The notes: generated by a model from the letters alone, not told the origin. DNA of 64,000 nt from an uncultured delta proteobacterium (GCA_963832165.1 CAWHTE010000011.1:64001-128000); one strand, 5' to 3'; positions 21,655 through 32,567 are shown, counted from the stretch's first letter. Program-made: numbers and translations.

Positions 21655-23628
21655 TCAGGGCAGCGTGTAGGCGATCACGGCGTCGCCGATCGGCGAGCCG
21701 ACCCCGGCGTGTCCGCCCGGCGCGACGACGAGGAACTGCTTGTGGCCCGGCGCGAGCTTGTAGCTGATCGGGCCCGCGTGAAGGCCTGCGGGCAGGTCGA
21801 ACGTGGCGATCCGCGCGCCCGTGCCGACGTCGTGGACGCGCAGCACCGGAAAGCGCGTGCCGCCGTGGAACACGAGGCCGCTCGCGGTGACGAGCGCGGG
21901 TCCGTAGCCCGAAGTGCCCGGGTCGCTCTCCGCTGTGCTCGTCGACGCGCTCCACGCGATCGCGCCGCGCGCGAGGTCGACACCGACGAGCCGGCCCCAG
22001 GGCGGCCGATTGCACGGGACGTCATCGTGCTCGAACACGACGCGGCCGCCGAGCGGATTCACGCGGTAGCGGTCGCCGGTGCCGCTGCCCTTCCACAGCC
22101 AATAGAGGCTGCGGAAGGAGAACCCGCTGAGCGGGCGCACGTCGGCGCCGCCGCCGGTCGTGCGCTCGCCGACCTGCTCGAGTGTCACGATGTGCACGAG
22201 GTTCTGCACGGGCACCACGAGCATCGCGCGCTCGGGGTCGAAGCTCGCGCCCGACCAGTTCGCACCGCCGCCCGTGAACGGGTAGAGCACCGACCCGCGC
22301 AGGCTCGGCGGCGTGAATAGACCATCGTTGCGCAGCTGGGCCAGGCGCTCGCGGCACGCCGCGAGATGTGCCGGCGAGAGCCCGTAGAGATCGCCCTCGG
22401 CGAGGCGCTGCGGAACGATCGGCGGCGGCGCGCTGGGCACCGGCTGCGTGGGCCACGCGCGCTCGCCCGGCACGTCGCTCGCGGGCGCGGGCTGCTCCTC
22501 GACCGGAAAGAGCGGGCGTCCGGTCGCGCGGTCGAGCACGAACACGAACCCGTGCTTGGTCGCCTGCACGACGGCCTCCACCGACGTGCCTTCGCGCTCG
22601 AGTGTCACGAGCACGGGCGGCGCGGCGAGGTCGTAGTCCCAGAGGTCGTGGTGCACGGTCTGGAAGTGCCAGACCGGCCGGCCCGTCGCGGCGTCGAGCG
22701 CGACGACGGAGTCGCTGTACAGGTTCGCGCCGGGGCGATCGCCGCCGTAGAAGTCGGGGCTCGGCGTCGAGACGGGCAGGAACAGCCAGCCGCGCGCGAG
22801 ATCCGCCGTCATCGTCGACCACACGTTCGCGGCGCCCGCGAGCGCGATGTCGCCCTCCCAGGTCTCGTGCCCGGGCTCGCCCGCGTGCGGAATGGTGTGG
22901 AACGTCCAGCGCAGCGCGCCCGTGCGCACGTCGAACGCGCGCACGTCGCCCGGTGGCGCGTCGGGGCGCAGCGTATCGGCGATCGAGGAGCCCACGGCGA
23001 TCACGTCGCCGACCACGGTGCCGGGCGAGGTGAGGTTGTACTCGCGCGGGTCGTGGAGCGGCGCGATCCCATCGAGCAGGTTCACGCTGCCGCCGGCGCC
23101 GAAGTCGGCGCACGGCTGCCCCGTCGCGGCGTCGAGCGCGATCAGGCGCGCGTCGAGCGTGCCCAGGAATACGCGCGCGGCGCAGGGTCCGCTCGCATTC
23201 GGATCGCGCCAGTACGCGACGCCGCGGTTCTGCCACATGTTCGCGTAGATCCCGCCGCGCTCGAGCTTGGGGTCGAAGGTCCACAGCTCGCGGCCCGTCT
23301 CGGGCTCGAGCGCGATCACGCGGTTGGAGGGCGTGGTGAAGATGAGCCGACCGTCGACGACGATCGGCGTCGCCTCGAACGCGCTGCTGCGCTCCCTTTG
23401 CGGGGGCAGGGTCGCCTGCCACGAGTCGCCGTGGTGATAGGTCCAGGCCACGCGCAGCGCCGCCACGTTCGACGCGGTGATGTCGGTGAGCGGCGTGTAG
23501 CGGCCGCCGCCGGGCGCGCCCTCGGTGAAACGCCAGTCGGCGCTCTGGGGAGGCTCCGCGCTCGCCGCGTGCGCTGCGATCACGAGGCCTGCGAGCCACC
23601 GCGAGCTCACCCGGTACATCGCCGACAT
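21655..23628 (-). CDS. PQQ-dependent dehydrogenase (glucose/quinate family)
   Basis: 'FEATPIVVDG', 'NRGVAYW', 'WHFQTVHHDLWDYD', 'GGANW', 'PPWGRL'. Confidence 0.92.
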   Translation of the reverse strand: MSAMYRVSSRWLAGLVIAAHAASAEPPQSADWRFTEGAPGGGRYTPLTDITASNVAALRVAWTYHHGDSWQATLPPQRERSSAFEATPIVVDGRLIFTTPSNRVIALEPETGRELWTFDPKLERGGIYANMWQNRGVAYWRDPNASGPCAARVFLGTLDARLIALDAATGQPCADFGAGGSVNLLDGIAPLHDPREYNLTSPGTVVGDVIAVGSSIADTLRPDAPPGDVRAFDVRTGALRWTFHTIPHAGEPGHETWEGDIALAGAANVWSTMTADLARGWLFLPVSTPSPDFYGGDRPGANLYSDSVVALDAATGRPVWHFQTVHHDLWDYDLAAPPVLVTLEREGTSVEAVVQATKHGFVFVLDRATGRPLFPVEEQPAPASDVPGERAWPTQPVPSAPPPIVPQRLAEGDLYGLSPAHLAACRERLAQLRNDGLFTPPSLRGSVLYPFTGGGANWSGASFDPERAMLVVPVQNLVHIVTLEQVGERTTGGGADVRPLSGFSFRSLYWLWKGSGTGDRYRVNPLGGRVVFEHDDVPCNRPPWGRLVGVDLARGAIAWSASTSTAESDPGTSGYGPALVTASGLVFHGGTRFPVLRVHDVGTGARIATFDLPAGLHAGPISYKLAPGHKQFLVVAPGGHAGVGSPIGDAVIAYTLP

Positions 23629-23646
23629 AGTAGAATGTCGCCCGCC

Positions 23647-25264
23647 ATGAGAGAACTCCATCCGGCTCGCGATGAATTGACGCCGCTCGTGTTCCTCGAG
23701 CGCACCGTGCGTGTGTTTCCGAACAAGACCGCCGTGGTCTACGGCGACGTGCGGCGGACCTGGGCCGAGTTCGGCGAAGACGTCGGGCGCTTCGCGGGTG
23801 CGCTCGTGCGCGCGGGGGTGGCGCCGGGCGACCGCGTGGCCGTGCTGGCGCCGAACGTGCCCGCGCTGCTCGCGGCGCACTTCGCGGTACTGCTCGTGCG
23901 CGGCGCGCTCGTCGCGATCAACACGCGGCTCAACGAGGCGGAGGTCGGCTACATCCTCGACCACTCGGGCGCCAAGGTGGTGTTCGCCGACCCCGAGCTC
24001 GCGCCGCGGGTCGTGGATGCGCCGGGCGGCCTGCGCGCGCGGCCGCTGCTCGTGAACCTCGAGGATCCGGTCGCGGGCGCCACCGAGCGCGTGCTCGACG
24101 GTCCGAGCTTCGCGGAATTCCAGGGCGGCGCGCCCGTGCTGCCGATCACCGGCGGGATCGACGACGAGAACCGGATCACCTCGATCAACTACACCTCGGG
24201 CACGACGGGCCGCCCGAAGGGGGTCATGTACACGCACCGCGGCGCCGCGATCAACGCGCTCGGCGAGGTGATCGCGCACGGACTCGAGCGCGACTCGGTC
24301 TTTCTCTGGACGCTGCCGCTGTTCCATTGCAACGGCTGGTGCTTTCCGTGGGCCGTCACCGCGGTGGGCGGCACGCACGTGATGCTGCGCGCGCTCGATC
24401 CCGGCCGCGTGATCCGGATGATCGAGTCCGAGCGCGTCACGCACTTCAACGGCGCACCCACGGTGCTGCTCATGCTCGCCGAGGCGCCCGAGGCGAAGGG
24501 CGTGCGCTTCGACCCGCCAGGTCCGCGTCGCGACGGGCGGATCGCCGCCATCGCCGACGCTGCTCGCGCGGGTCGAGCAGATGGGCATCCGCGTGACGCA
24601 CCTCTACGGCCTCACCGAGACCTACGGGCCGCACGTCTACTGCGAGCTCCAGCCCGGCTGGGAGCAGCTCGACGTCGAGAAGCGCGCCGCGGTGATGGCG
24701 CGCCAGGGCGTGCCCTACCACGTCGCCACCCACCTGCGCGTGGTCGACGACGAGATGCGCGACGTCCCCGCCGACGCGCAGACGATGGGCGAGGTGGTGA
24801 TGCGCGGGAACAACGTGATGGCGGGTTATTTCGAGGATCCCGAGGCCACCGCGAAGGCGTTCGCGGGCGGCTGGTTCCACTCCGGCGATCTCGGCGTGAT
24901 GCACCCGGACGGCTACATCGAGCTGCGCGACCGCAAGAAGGACATCATCATCAGCGGCGGCGAGAACATCTCGACGATCGAGGTCGAGCACACGGTCGTG
25001 AAGCATCCGGCGGTGCTCGAGTGCGCGGTGGTCGCGATGCCGCACGAGAAGTGGGGTGAGGTGCCCAAGGCGTTCGTCGCACTGCGCCCGGGCCAGAACG
25101 CGAGCGAGCAGGAGCTGATCGAGTTCTGCCGCGAGCGTCTCGCGCACTTCAAGTGCCCCAAGGCGATCGAGTTCGGCGACCTGCCGAAGACGTCGACGGG
25201 CAAGATCCAGAAGTTCCGGCTGCGCGAGAAGGAGTGGGCGGGTCGCACGAGCCGGATCTCGTGA
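23647..25264 (+). CDS. Acyl-CoA synthetase (AMP-binding), +1 frameshift near 24520
   Basis: 'NYTSGTTGRPKG', 'LPLFHCNGW' in one frame; 'YGLTET', 'WFHSGDL', 'DRKKDIIISGGEN', 'TGKIQK' in the next. Confidence 0.9.
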
Positions 25265-27351
25265 GGCTGCCGAGACCGGAGCGCGAGTCGAGGCGGTGGT
25301 CGCGCGCAGCTCTCTGGGGGCTCGTCGCGCCGGGTGTGTTCACGATCTTCGTGTATATCGCGGCTCCCTGGATCGATCCGCTGCTCACCGAGGCGGATCG
25401 GGCGCGTCTGGCCGTGGCGATCGGATTCGGAGCGGCATTCTGCTTCATCGGGATGATCGTCTTCGGCTCGCTTCGGCAGGCGCCGAGCGGAAGCGACGGC
25501 GCAGCGCGCCTCTCGCTGATGAGCGTGGCGACGTCGTTGATCGCGATCGGGCTCGGCGTCGCATTGCTCGGCACCTCCGGACCCGGCGGTCTTCTCGCGT
25601 CGGTGGGTTGGACGTTGCTCGTCGGTGGGGTCGCCATTCGCGTCGCAGCGCGCATCGGCGGTGCGATCTGGCGGCGCCGTCGGCGCCATCTCCCGGTGAT
25701 GATCTTCGCAGCGATGTGGCTCGGTGCGATCGCCCAGGTGTCGGACGCGCAGCCCGCTCCTCCCGACGACGCGGTGGCCGCGGCGATCCAGTCCCGGCTC
25801 GAGCGCGACTCCGACAGCGCGGCGCTCGCGGTCGAGGGCTCGCCGATTGCGTCGCAGGTCCTGCTGCCGCATTTCTACGAGCGCCGACACTTCCGGGCCG
25901 CGTGGTCGGACCCGGTGGACGTGGATGCGCTGCTCGGCGCGATCCGCGACAGCGAATCCCACGGGCTCGATCCGTCCGACTACCACCTCGCCGCGCTCGA
26001 GGCGCTGCGCCCGAAGCTCGCCGGCGAAGCAGCGCGCATCGCCGGCTTCGATCTGCTGTGCACCGACGCGCTGGTGCGACTGGCCTATCACCTCGAGTAC
26101 GGCAAGGTCGACCCCGCGAGCTACGACGCGGACTGGAACTTCGAGCAGCCGTTCCCCGACGAGGACCCGATCGCCGCGCTCCAGAGCGCACTCGATGCGC
26201 ACCGCGTGCGCGAGGCGGTCGAACAGCGCGCTCCGCAGAGCTGGATCTACGAGCGCATGCGCAGCAGGCTCGCGGAGCTGCGCAAAGTCGCGGCGGCGGG
26301 CGGTTGGCCGCAGGTCCCGGAGGGTCCCACGCTCCGCGCCGGAGACTCGGGTCCGCGCGTGGCGGCGCTGCGGATGCGGCTCGCCGCGGAGGGCGACCTC
26401 GCGCCGGCGGGTGGCGCCGAAGATGTTTTCGACGAGGCGCTCGCCGAAGCGCTGCGCCGCTTCCAGGCGCGCAGCGGGCTCGAGGCGGACGGTGTCGCAG
26501 GCGCGCGCACGGTGTCCGAGCTGAACGTCGCCGCCGCGTCGCGCGTCGATCAGCTGCGCGTCAACCTCGAGCGCACGCGCTGGGTATTGCAGGACCTCCC
26601 CGCGCGCTTCGTGCTCGCGAACGTCCCCTCTTTCGAGGTCTTCCTGTTCGAGGATCGCCAGCTCGTTTGGCGCGCGCGCGCGCAGGTGGGTCGCGAGGTG
26701 CGACGCACGCCGATCTTCCGCGCGGAGATGAAGTATCTCGTGTTGAATCCGACGTGGACGGTTCCGCCCGGGATCCTCGCCAACGACATCCTCTCGGCCG
26801 GTGCGAATGCCGGAGCCGTGGTGAGGCGCAAGGGGCTGCGCGTGATCGATGCCGGTGGCCGCGAGGTCGACCCGGGCAGCGTGAACTGGGGTCGTTATTC
26901 GGTGCGGAACTTCCCGTACCAGCTGCGCCAGGATCCCGGTCCGACCAATGCGCTCGGGCGCATCAAGTTCATGTTCCCGAATCCCCACCTCGTGTACCTG
27001 CACGACACGCCGTCCAAGGCGAAGTTCGAGGCGAGCGATCGCGCGCTGAGCTCGGGCTGCATCCGGATCGAAGACCCGTTCGGCCTGGCCGACGCACTGC
27101 TGCGCGGCTCGGACGGCTGGACGCGCGAGCGCATCGACGCTGTGGTCGCTTCCGAGAAGACCACCACCGTCTGGCTTCCCGAACCCGTGGCGGTGCTGCT
27201 CTTGTACTGGACCGCCCGACCGACACCGGACGGCGAGGTCCGCTTCTTCCGCGATCTCTACGGCCGCGATTCGAAAGTGCTCGCGGGGTTGGCGCGACCG
27301 TTCGAGTTCCGCCGCGCCGAGCGCGACGCGGCGCGGAGCCGCTTCGAGTGA
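25261..27351 (+). CDS. L,D-transpeptidase (YcbB/LdtD-like) with N-terminal multi-TM extension
   Basis: Scaffold and PG-binding domains; 'LRQDPGPTNALGRIKFMFPN...VYLHDTP...ALSSGCIR'. Confidence 0.88.
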   Translation: MRLPRPERESRRWSRAALWGLVAPGVFTIFVYIAAPWIDPLLTEADRARLAVAIGFGAAFCFIGMIVFGSLRQAPSGSDGAARLSLMSVATSLIAIGLGVALLGTSGPGGLLASVGWTLLVGGVAIRVAARIGGAIWRRRRRHLPVMIFAAMWLGAIAQVSDAQPAPPDDAVAAAIQSRLERDSDSAALAVEGSPIASQVLLPHFYERRHFRAAWSDPVDVDALLGAIRDSESHGLDPSDYHLAALEALRPKLAGEAARIAGFDLLCTDALVRLAYHLEYGKVDPASYDADWNFEQPFPDEDPIAALQSALDAHRVREAVEQRAPQSWIYERMRSRLAELRKVAAAGGWPQVPEGPTLRAGDSGPRVAALRMRLAAEGDLAPAGGAEDVFDEALAEALRRFQARSGLEADGVAGARTVSELNVAAASRVDQLRVNLERTRWVLQDLPARFVLANVPSFEVFLFEDRQLVWRARAQVGREVRRTPIFRAEMKYLVLNPTWTVPPGILANDILSAGANAGAVVRRKGLRVIDAGGREVDPGSVNWGRYSVRNFPYQLRQDPGPTNALGRIKFMFPNPHLVYLHDTPSKAKFEASDRALSSGCIRIEDPFGLADALLRGSDGWTRERIDAVVASEKTTTVWLPEPVAVLLLYWTARPTPDGEVRFFRDLYGRDSKVLAGLARPFEFRRAERDAARSRFE

Positions 27352-27382
27352 CCGAGCTTCGTCCCGAGAGGAGGACGCCTTC

Positions 27383-27832
27383 ATGAGACGAGTCGTGATC
27401 GCGCTCGTGCTCGTGGCGATCGTCGCCGGTTGCGAACCTCAGACACAAGAGCCGACAGAGGAGCCGATTGCAGAACCGAGAGGTGACATGCCGAGCGGGA
27501 TCTGGAACACCGCGTGGCGGCTCACGGACCTCGGCGGCGGCGGCGTGATCGACGGCGCTGAGGCGACGCTCGCGTTTCCCGAGGAGGGCAGGGCGGTCGG
27601 CCGCGGCACCTGCAATCGCTTCTTCGCGATCGTAGCCGTCTCGGGCGACTCGATGCGCTTCAGCGGAATCGGCTCGACGCGCATGGCCTGCGCGGAGCCG
27701 CTCTCGTCCCAGGAGACGAAATACCTGAAGGCGCTCGAGTCCGCCGAGCGGTTTGCGATCGAGGGCGGCGGGCTCGTGATCCATTCGAGCGCCCTGCCCG
27801 AGCCGCTGCGCTTCGCGCGCACGGGCCCGTAG
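27383..27832 (+). CDS. META/HslJ-domain lipoprotein
   Basis: Lipobox VAGC; 'GTCNRF', 'STRMAC', 'QETKYLKAL'. Confidence 0.88.
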   Translation: MRRVVIALVLVAIVAGCEPQTQEPTEEPIAEPRGDMPSGIWNTAWRLTDLGGGGVIDGAEATLAFPEEGRAVGRGTCNRFFAIVAVSGDSMRFSGIGSTRMACAEPLSSQETKYLKALESAERFAIEGGGLVIHSSALPEPLRFARTGP

Positions 27833-27842
27833 CGACGCGCCG

Positions 27843-28701
27843 CTACTTGACCACCAGCGGATTGATCGGCGCGTCGAACACGCGGTCGCTGGGCAGGGGA
27901 GGGGCGACGAACAGGAACGCATAGCGCCCGTCCGCGGCGCAGGCCTCGGCGAGCCGGTCGAGGTGGAAGGTGTTGCCGAAGCGCACGCCCATGTCGCGCA
28001 CGGCCACCTGGTGGAGCGGCAGCACGCAGTCGTCCGTCTCGGCGGGATGGACCTCGACGCGCGCGGTGTCGGAGGCGATCGCGGCGATCTGTCGCTCGTG
28101 GAGCCAGCGCGCACAGCGCAGCGAGAGGCCGGGCGAGGGTCCTTCCGCATAGCCCCGCCACGAGCCCTCGGCGAAGCAGCGCGAGAGACGGCCCGTGCGC
28201 ACGAGCAGGATGTCGCCCGTGTCGACCGTCACGCCGCACTTCTCCGCGCACGCGTCGAGGTCGGCGGGCAGGATGCGCGTGCCGTCTTCGAGCCAGGGCC
28301 GCCCCGCGAAGAGCGGAAGGTCGAGCAGCACGCCGCGCCCCACCACGCCGTCCGCGAAGCGGTCGATCGCGGCCGCGCGTGCACCGGCCGCCGGCAGCGT
28401 CTCGGGGTCGCGGTCGTTGTAGGCGCGGCCGTCGCGCGCGACGTGCGCGAGCGACTCCCAGCGCGCGCCGCGCGGCGCGCCGCGCTCGTCGTGTGCACCG
28501 AACGGCAGCGCGCACGAGACGACGAGGCCGCTGCGCACGAGGCTCGCGGCCGCGAGCACGCGCGCGCGCGTGACGAAGTTCAGCGTGCCGAGCTCGTCCT
28601 CGGGGCCGAAGCGCTCCCAGTTCGAATAGCTGCCGCCCCCATTCGCGGACCGTGTGCGCGTCGAGCCGTTCCCCGCCCTGCGCGGATAGAGCGCGGCTCA
28701 T
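27843..28701 (-). CDS. Cyclase/kynurenine-formamidase family protein, +1 frameshift near 28630
   Basis: 'SNWERFGPEDELGTLNFVT', 'VGRGVLLD', 'GDILLVRTG', 'NPLVVK'. Confidence 0.8.
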
Positions 28702-29423
28702 CGGGGTTCCCGGATGCGCGCCTCGACTACCGCGATGTCTCCGGGCACGTCCACCGCGGCGCTCGTCCAGCCCTCGATCACGGCGCAGCGGATCGCATGG
28801 CCGTGTTCGAGCGCGCGCAGCTGCTCGAGGCCCTCGGCGCGCTCGGCGGGCGTCGGCGTCAGCGCGGGGAAGCGGAGCAGGAACTCGCGGCGGTAGGCGT
28901 AGATCCCGACGTGCTGCCAGCAGCGCGGCTCGCCGTCGCGCGGGTAGGGGATCGCGCTGCGCGAGAAGTAGAGCGCGCGGCCGCGCCGATCGAGCACCAC
29001 CTTCACGCGGTTCGGATCGGCGAGTGCGTCGGACTCGGCCGCGTGCACGAGCGTGGCGATCGGCGCATCCAGGTCGTCCGCGAGCGCCTCCACGACGGCG
29101 TCCACGACGAAGCCCTCGATCAGCGGCTCGTCGCCCTGCACGTTCACGACCGCGTCGCAGTCGAGCTGCGCAGCGACTTCGGCGATCCGGTCGGTTCCGG
29201 TCGCGTGATCCGCACGCGTGAGCGCAACTTCCGCGCCGAAGCGCCTGCACGCCTCGGCGATGCGCTCGTCGTCGGTGGCGACGATCACGCGCGAGAGCGA
29301 TTTCGCGCTGCTCGCTCCGCGCCACACGCGCTCGATCATCGGCACGCCCGCGATCATCGCGAGCGGCTTGCCGGGAAAGCGCGAAGCCTGGTAACGCGCG
29401 GGAATTACGCCTACCGCTCGCAT
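28698..29423 (-). CDS. kdsB: CMP-KDO synthetase
   Basis: 'IPARYQASRFPGKPL', 'TGTDR', 'NVQGDEP', 'ALYFSRS', 'EGLEQLRAL'. Confidence 0.96.
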   Translation of the reverse strand: MRAVGVIPARYQASRFPGKPLAMIAGVPMIERVWRGASSAKSLSRVIVATDDERIAEACRRFGAEVALTRADHATGTDRIAEVAAQLDCDAVVNVQGDEPLIEGFVVDAVVEALADDLDAPIATLVHAAESDALADPNRVKVVLDRRGRALYFSRSAIPYPRDGEPRCWQHVGIYAYRREFLLRFPALTPTPAERAEGLEQLRALEHGHAIRCAVIEGWTSAAVDVPGDIAVVEARIREPR

Positions 29424-29458
29424 GACGCGATGCTAACCGAAGGGTACATTGTGCGCTG

Positions 29459-30400
29459 ATGAGCTCTTCTCCTGCCCGGCAGCGCGGTCCCGTCGTCACT
29501 GTTTCGTCGAACAAGGGCGGCGTGGGCAAGACGACGGTCGCGAGCAACCTCGCGATCTACACGCGCGCGCTGCGCGAGGATCTGCCGGTGCTCATCGTGG
29601 GCCTCGACGATCAGGGCACGCTCGACCGGATGTTCGCGATCCAGGACCGGCGCCCCTCCGATGGCAATCTCAAGCACGCCTGGGCAGAACGCAGTTTGGC
29701 GAGCGCCGCGCAGCTCGGGCAGTACGGCGTGCACTTCGTGCCGTCGCCGCCCGACGTGGCATTGCTCAAGGCGCGCGCGTCCGATCCGCGCACGCTCTCG
29801 CGGATCCTCGAGCAGACGGCGTGGCCGGGCCTCGTGATCCTCGACACGAAGAGCGATCTCGAGGCGCTCACCCAGAACGCCTATCACGCGGCCGACCGCA
29901 TCCTGGTGCCGGTCGCCGACTGGTCTTCGCTCGAAGAGGCCGAGAAGATCGTCGCGCTGCTCGAGCGATCGGGCGTGGGCGCCGCGCGGGCGCGGATCGT
30001 ATTCACGCTCGTCGACCGGCGCAGCCGGATCGGTGCAGAAGGGCCCACGCTGTTCGCGCGCCTGCGCGACGAGGTGCGCCGGCGCGGCTGGTCCTACTAC
30101 AAGACGGCGCTCTCGCGCAGCCCACGTGTCGAGACGCTCAACTCGGCCCAGCGCACGCCGCTGTCGATCCTGCACCACGCGAGGGGCACCGAAGTGCACT
30201 CGCAGTTCCGCGAGCTCACGCTCGAGGTGCTCGGCGATCTCGGGATCAGCGATCGGCTCGACCTCGCGCCCGCGCACGACGACGAGAGCGAGCTCTGGCA
30301 TGCGCCCGCGCCCCGCGCGAGCCCGAGAGCTCGGTCGCGAGCGGTGCGGTGCGCTGGGTGGCGCGCTGGCGGCGCTAGCGATAGGCGGAGAAAACGATGA
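29459..30400 (+). CDS. Orphan ParA/MinD-family ATPase (C-terminus uncertain)
   Basis: Deviant Walker A 'KGGVGKTT'; 'ILDT'. Confidence 0.85.
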   Translation: MSSSPARQRGPVVTVSSNKGGVGKTTVASNLAIYTRALREDLPVLIVGLDDQGTLDRMFAIQDRRPSDGNLKHAWAERSLASAAQLGQYGVHFVPSPPDVALLKARASDPRTLSRILEQTAWPGLVILDTKSDLEALTQNAYHAADRILVPVADWSSLEEAEKIVALLERSGVGAARARIVFTLVDRRSRIGAEGPTLFARLRDEVRRRGWSYYKTALSRSPRVETLNSAQRTPLSILHHARGTEVHSQFRELTLEVLGDLGISDRLDLAPAHDDESELWHAPAPRASPRARSRAVRCAGWRAGGASDRRRKR

Positions 30401-31623
30401 GCACGTTCGGCATCACCGTCGGGGGCGGCCCCGCGCCCGGGATCAACGGCGTGATCGGCGCCGCGGCCACGCGCGCGCTGCGCCGCGGCCACCGCGTGAT
30501 CGGGATCTACGACGGCTTCTCGCGGATCATGGAGGGCGACACGACCCGCGTGGTCGACCTCGATGTCGACGCGGTGGCTCGGATCCACCTCGAGGGCGGA
30601 TCGATCCTGCACACCTCGCGGGCCAACCCGACCAAGAAGCCCGAGCACCTCGCCAACGTCGTGAAGTCGCTGGGCGCGCTCGGCATCGATCACCTGATCA
30701 CGATCGGCGGCGACGACACCGCGTCGTCGTCGAGCCGCGTCGCCGAGCAGGCGGGTGGGAAGATCCGCGTCGCGCACGTGCCCAAGACGATCGACAACGA
30801 CCTGCCGCTGCCCGAAGGCGTGCCCACGTTCGGGTTCGAGACCGCGCGCGAGCACGGCACCACGGTGGTCGAGCGCCTGATCCTCGACATGCAGACCACG
30901 AACCGGTGGTTCTTCATCGTGATGATGGGCCGCTCGGCGGGGCACCTCGCGCTCGGCGCGGGCAAGTCCGCCGGAGCGCCGATCACGCTGATCCCCGAGG
31001 AGTTCCCGAATCCGCTCGCGATCGAGGACGTGGTTCGCACGCTCGAGGGCGCGATCGTGAAGCGGCTCGCCAACGGGCGCCCCGACGGCGTCGCGGTGAT
31101 CGCGGAGGGTGTGGCCTCGGCGATGGATCCGAACGATCCGCTGCTCGCGGATGCGCCGCGCGACGAGCACGGCCACGTTCGGCTCGCCGAGGTGCCGCTC
31201 GCTCGGGTGCTGCGCACGGCCGTCGCCGACGCGCTCGCGGCGCGCGGCGTCAAGGTGACGATCGGCGAGAAGGACGTCGGCTACGAGCTGCGCTGCGGCT
31301 ATCCGACCGCGTTCGATCGCGACTACACGCGCGACCTCGGCGTGGGCGCGGTCGATGCGCTGCTCGCGGGCCAATCGGGCGTACTGATCACGCGCCAGGC
31401 GGGCCGGATCGTGCCCGTGCCGTTCGGCGAGATCATCGATCCGAAGACGAAGAAGTCGCGCGTGCGCGGCGTCGACACGAGCTCGGACAGCTACCGCAAC
31501 GCGCTCGCGCTCCAGGATCGCGTCACCGCGGAAGACCTGGCCGACGCGAAGACGCTCGCCGCGATCGCGGCCGCAGCAGGCCTCACGCCCGAAGAGGCGC
31601 GCAAGCGGTACCAGCCGCTGTAG
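30397..31623 (+). CDS. 6-phosphofructokinase, probably PPi-dependent
   Basis: 'GGGPAPGIN', 'IGGDDT', 'PKTIDND', 'MGRSAG', 'GYELRC'. Confidence 0.92.
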   Translation: MSTFGITVGGGPAPGINGVIGAAATRALRRGHRVIGIYDGFSRIMEGDTTRVVDLDVDAVARIHLEGGSILHTSRANPTKKPEHLANVVKSLGALGIDHLITIGGDDTASSSSRVAEQAGGKIRVAHVPKTIDNDLPLPEGVPTFGFETAREHGTTVVERLILDMQTTNRWFFIVMMGRSAGHLALGAGKSAGAPITLIPEEFPNPLAIEDVVRTLEGAIVKRLANGRPDGVAVIAEGVASAMDPNDPLLADAPRDEHGHVRLAEVPLARVLRTAVADALAARGVKVTIGEKDVGYELRCGYPTAFDRDYTRDLGVGAVDALLAGQSGVLITRQAGRIVPVPFGEIIDPKTKKSRVRGVDTSSDSYRNALALQDRVTAEDLADAKTLAAIAAAAGLTPEEARKRYQPL

Positions 31624-31640
31624 GGCGGGTGAAACCCGCC
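31620..31640 (+). repeat. Short GTAG-type REP hairpin overlapping the pfk stop codon
   Basis: GTAGGGCGGGTGAAACCCGCC. Confidence 0.55.
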
Positions 31641-31904
31641 ATCTTGCTCAGGCTGTTCCAAAGCGACGGACTCGGCGGCCCCCTTGAACCCTGCCGCGGC
31701 CGCGATCGCGCCCCCTGAGCGATCCTGGCGCGTCCCCGCAGGTGCGCACCGATCCGATGGCGTCCGTGCGCGAGCGCCGGCGGGGCACCCGAGGGGCTCG
31801 TCCTGACATTCCAGCTAACTCAGCGATTTCATTGAGGCCGGCTCGACCGGCGACGACACGGAGTCGGCCCGCTCGCGCGCGGCGGATCCGCCCGCGGGTC
31901 GACC

Positions 31905-31930
31905 GCGAACTGGATTCAAATCCAGTTCGC
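31905..31930. promoter_or_regulatory. Perfect 12-bp palindrome containing an SOS-box-like CTG-N10-CAG
   Basis: GCGAACTGGATT-CA-AATCCAGTTCGC. Confidence 0.5.
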
Positions 31931-32109
31931 CAACCGCAACACTTCACCTTCCCCGCGCGCCGCTCGGATGGACTCGTCCGCGGGTCGGCGCGAACGCGGG
32001 TTCAACAGCTCTTCCGAAACTCCGAACATTATCCTGCGAAACGTCGCAGCCTAACCGAATCACTCACCGCGCAACCCCGCGATTCGACGCGACTCCCTAC
32101 CCACACCGG

Positions 32110-32174
32110 TAAAATAGGCTGCAAGCTCTCGCAGTATTCGCTGCATGGGGGCGCAAGCTAATAAGTAGTTAGCC
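32110..32174 (+). other. attI-like integron site
   Basis: GCTAATAAGTAGTTAGCC: GTTRRRY core at 32168 with inverted partner GCTAA, directly before the first cassette; no attC arms. Confidence 0.6.
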
Positions 32175-32186
32175 GGCGGGAAGGCG

Positions 32187-32567
32187 ATGCAGACCTTGCG
32201 GTCAATTCTCGTGCTCCTCCTCATCGCGATCATCCCGGCGTCGGCGCTCGCGGAGGTGTCCGACAAGGCACCCACGATTCCGCGCCATTGGGTTATCGCT
32301 ATCCCCATCGCTGCAGTTCTCTTCGCGGCGGGAAGCCACCGATGGTGGCTTGGCGCGCTACTCGCCGTCGTTCCCATCTTCATCCTGCTCGGCTCGATCG
32401 ACATGACGTTCGATCAGTACGTTGGTCCGGCTCTATGGCGCGAGCAGGGCTGGCCGTACTTCGCAAGCCTCTGGAGCTCGGACCTTCTCATGCTCGGTGC
32501 CCTGCTGCTCGGCATTCGTCGCGGCTGGGCACGCCGACAACACTCCCATGAGCTACCCGGCGGCTAA
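32187..32567 (+). CDS. Gene cassette 1: small membrane protein
   Basis: 126 aa, signal peptide plus TMs; bounded by GTTAGCC and GGCTAAC, with the stop codon inside R''. Confidence 0.8.
   Translation: MQTLRSILVLLLIAIIPASALAEVSDKAPTIPRHWVIAIPIAAVLFAAGSHRWWLGALLAVVPIFILLGSIDMTFDQYVGPALWREQGWPYFASLWSSDLLMLGALLLGIRRGWARRQHSHELPGG

Noticed and set aside
32049..32174. Additional attC starting at GCCTAAC 32049
   Set aside because: No complementary L''/L' arms; better read as attI-like
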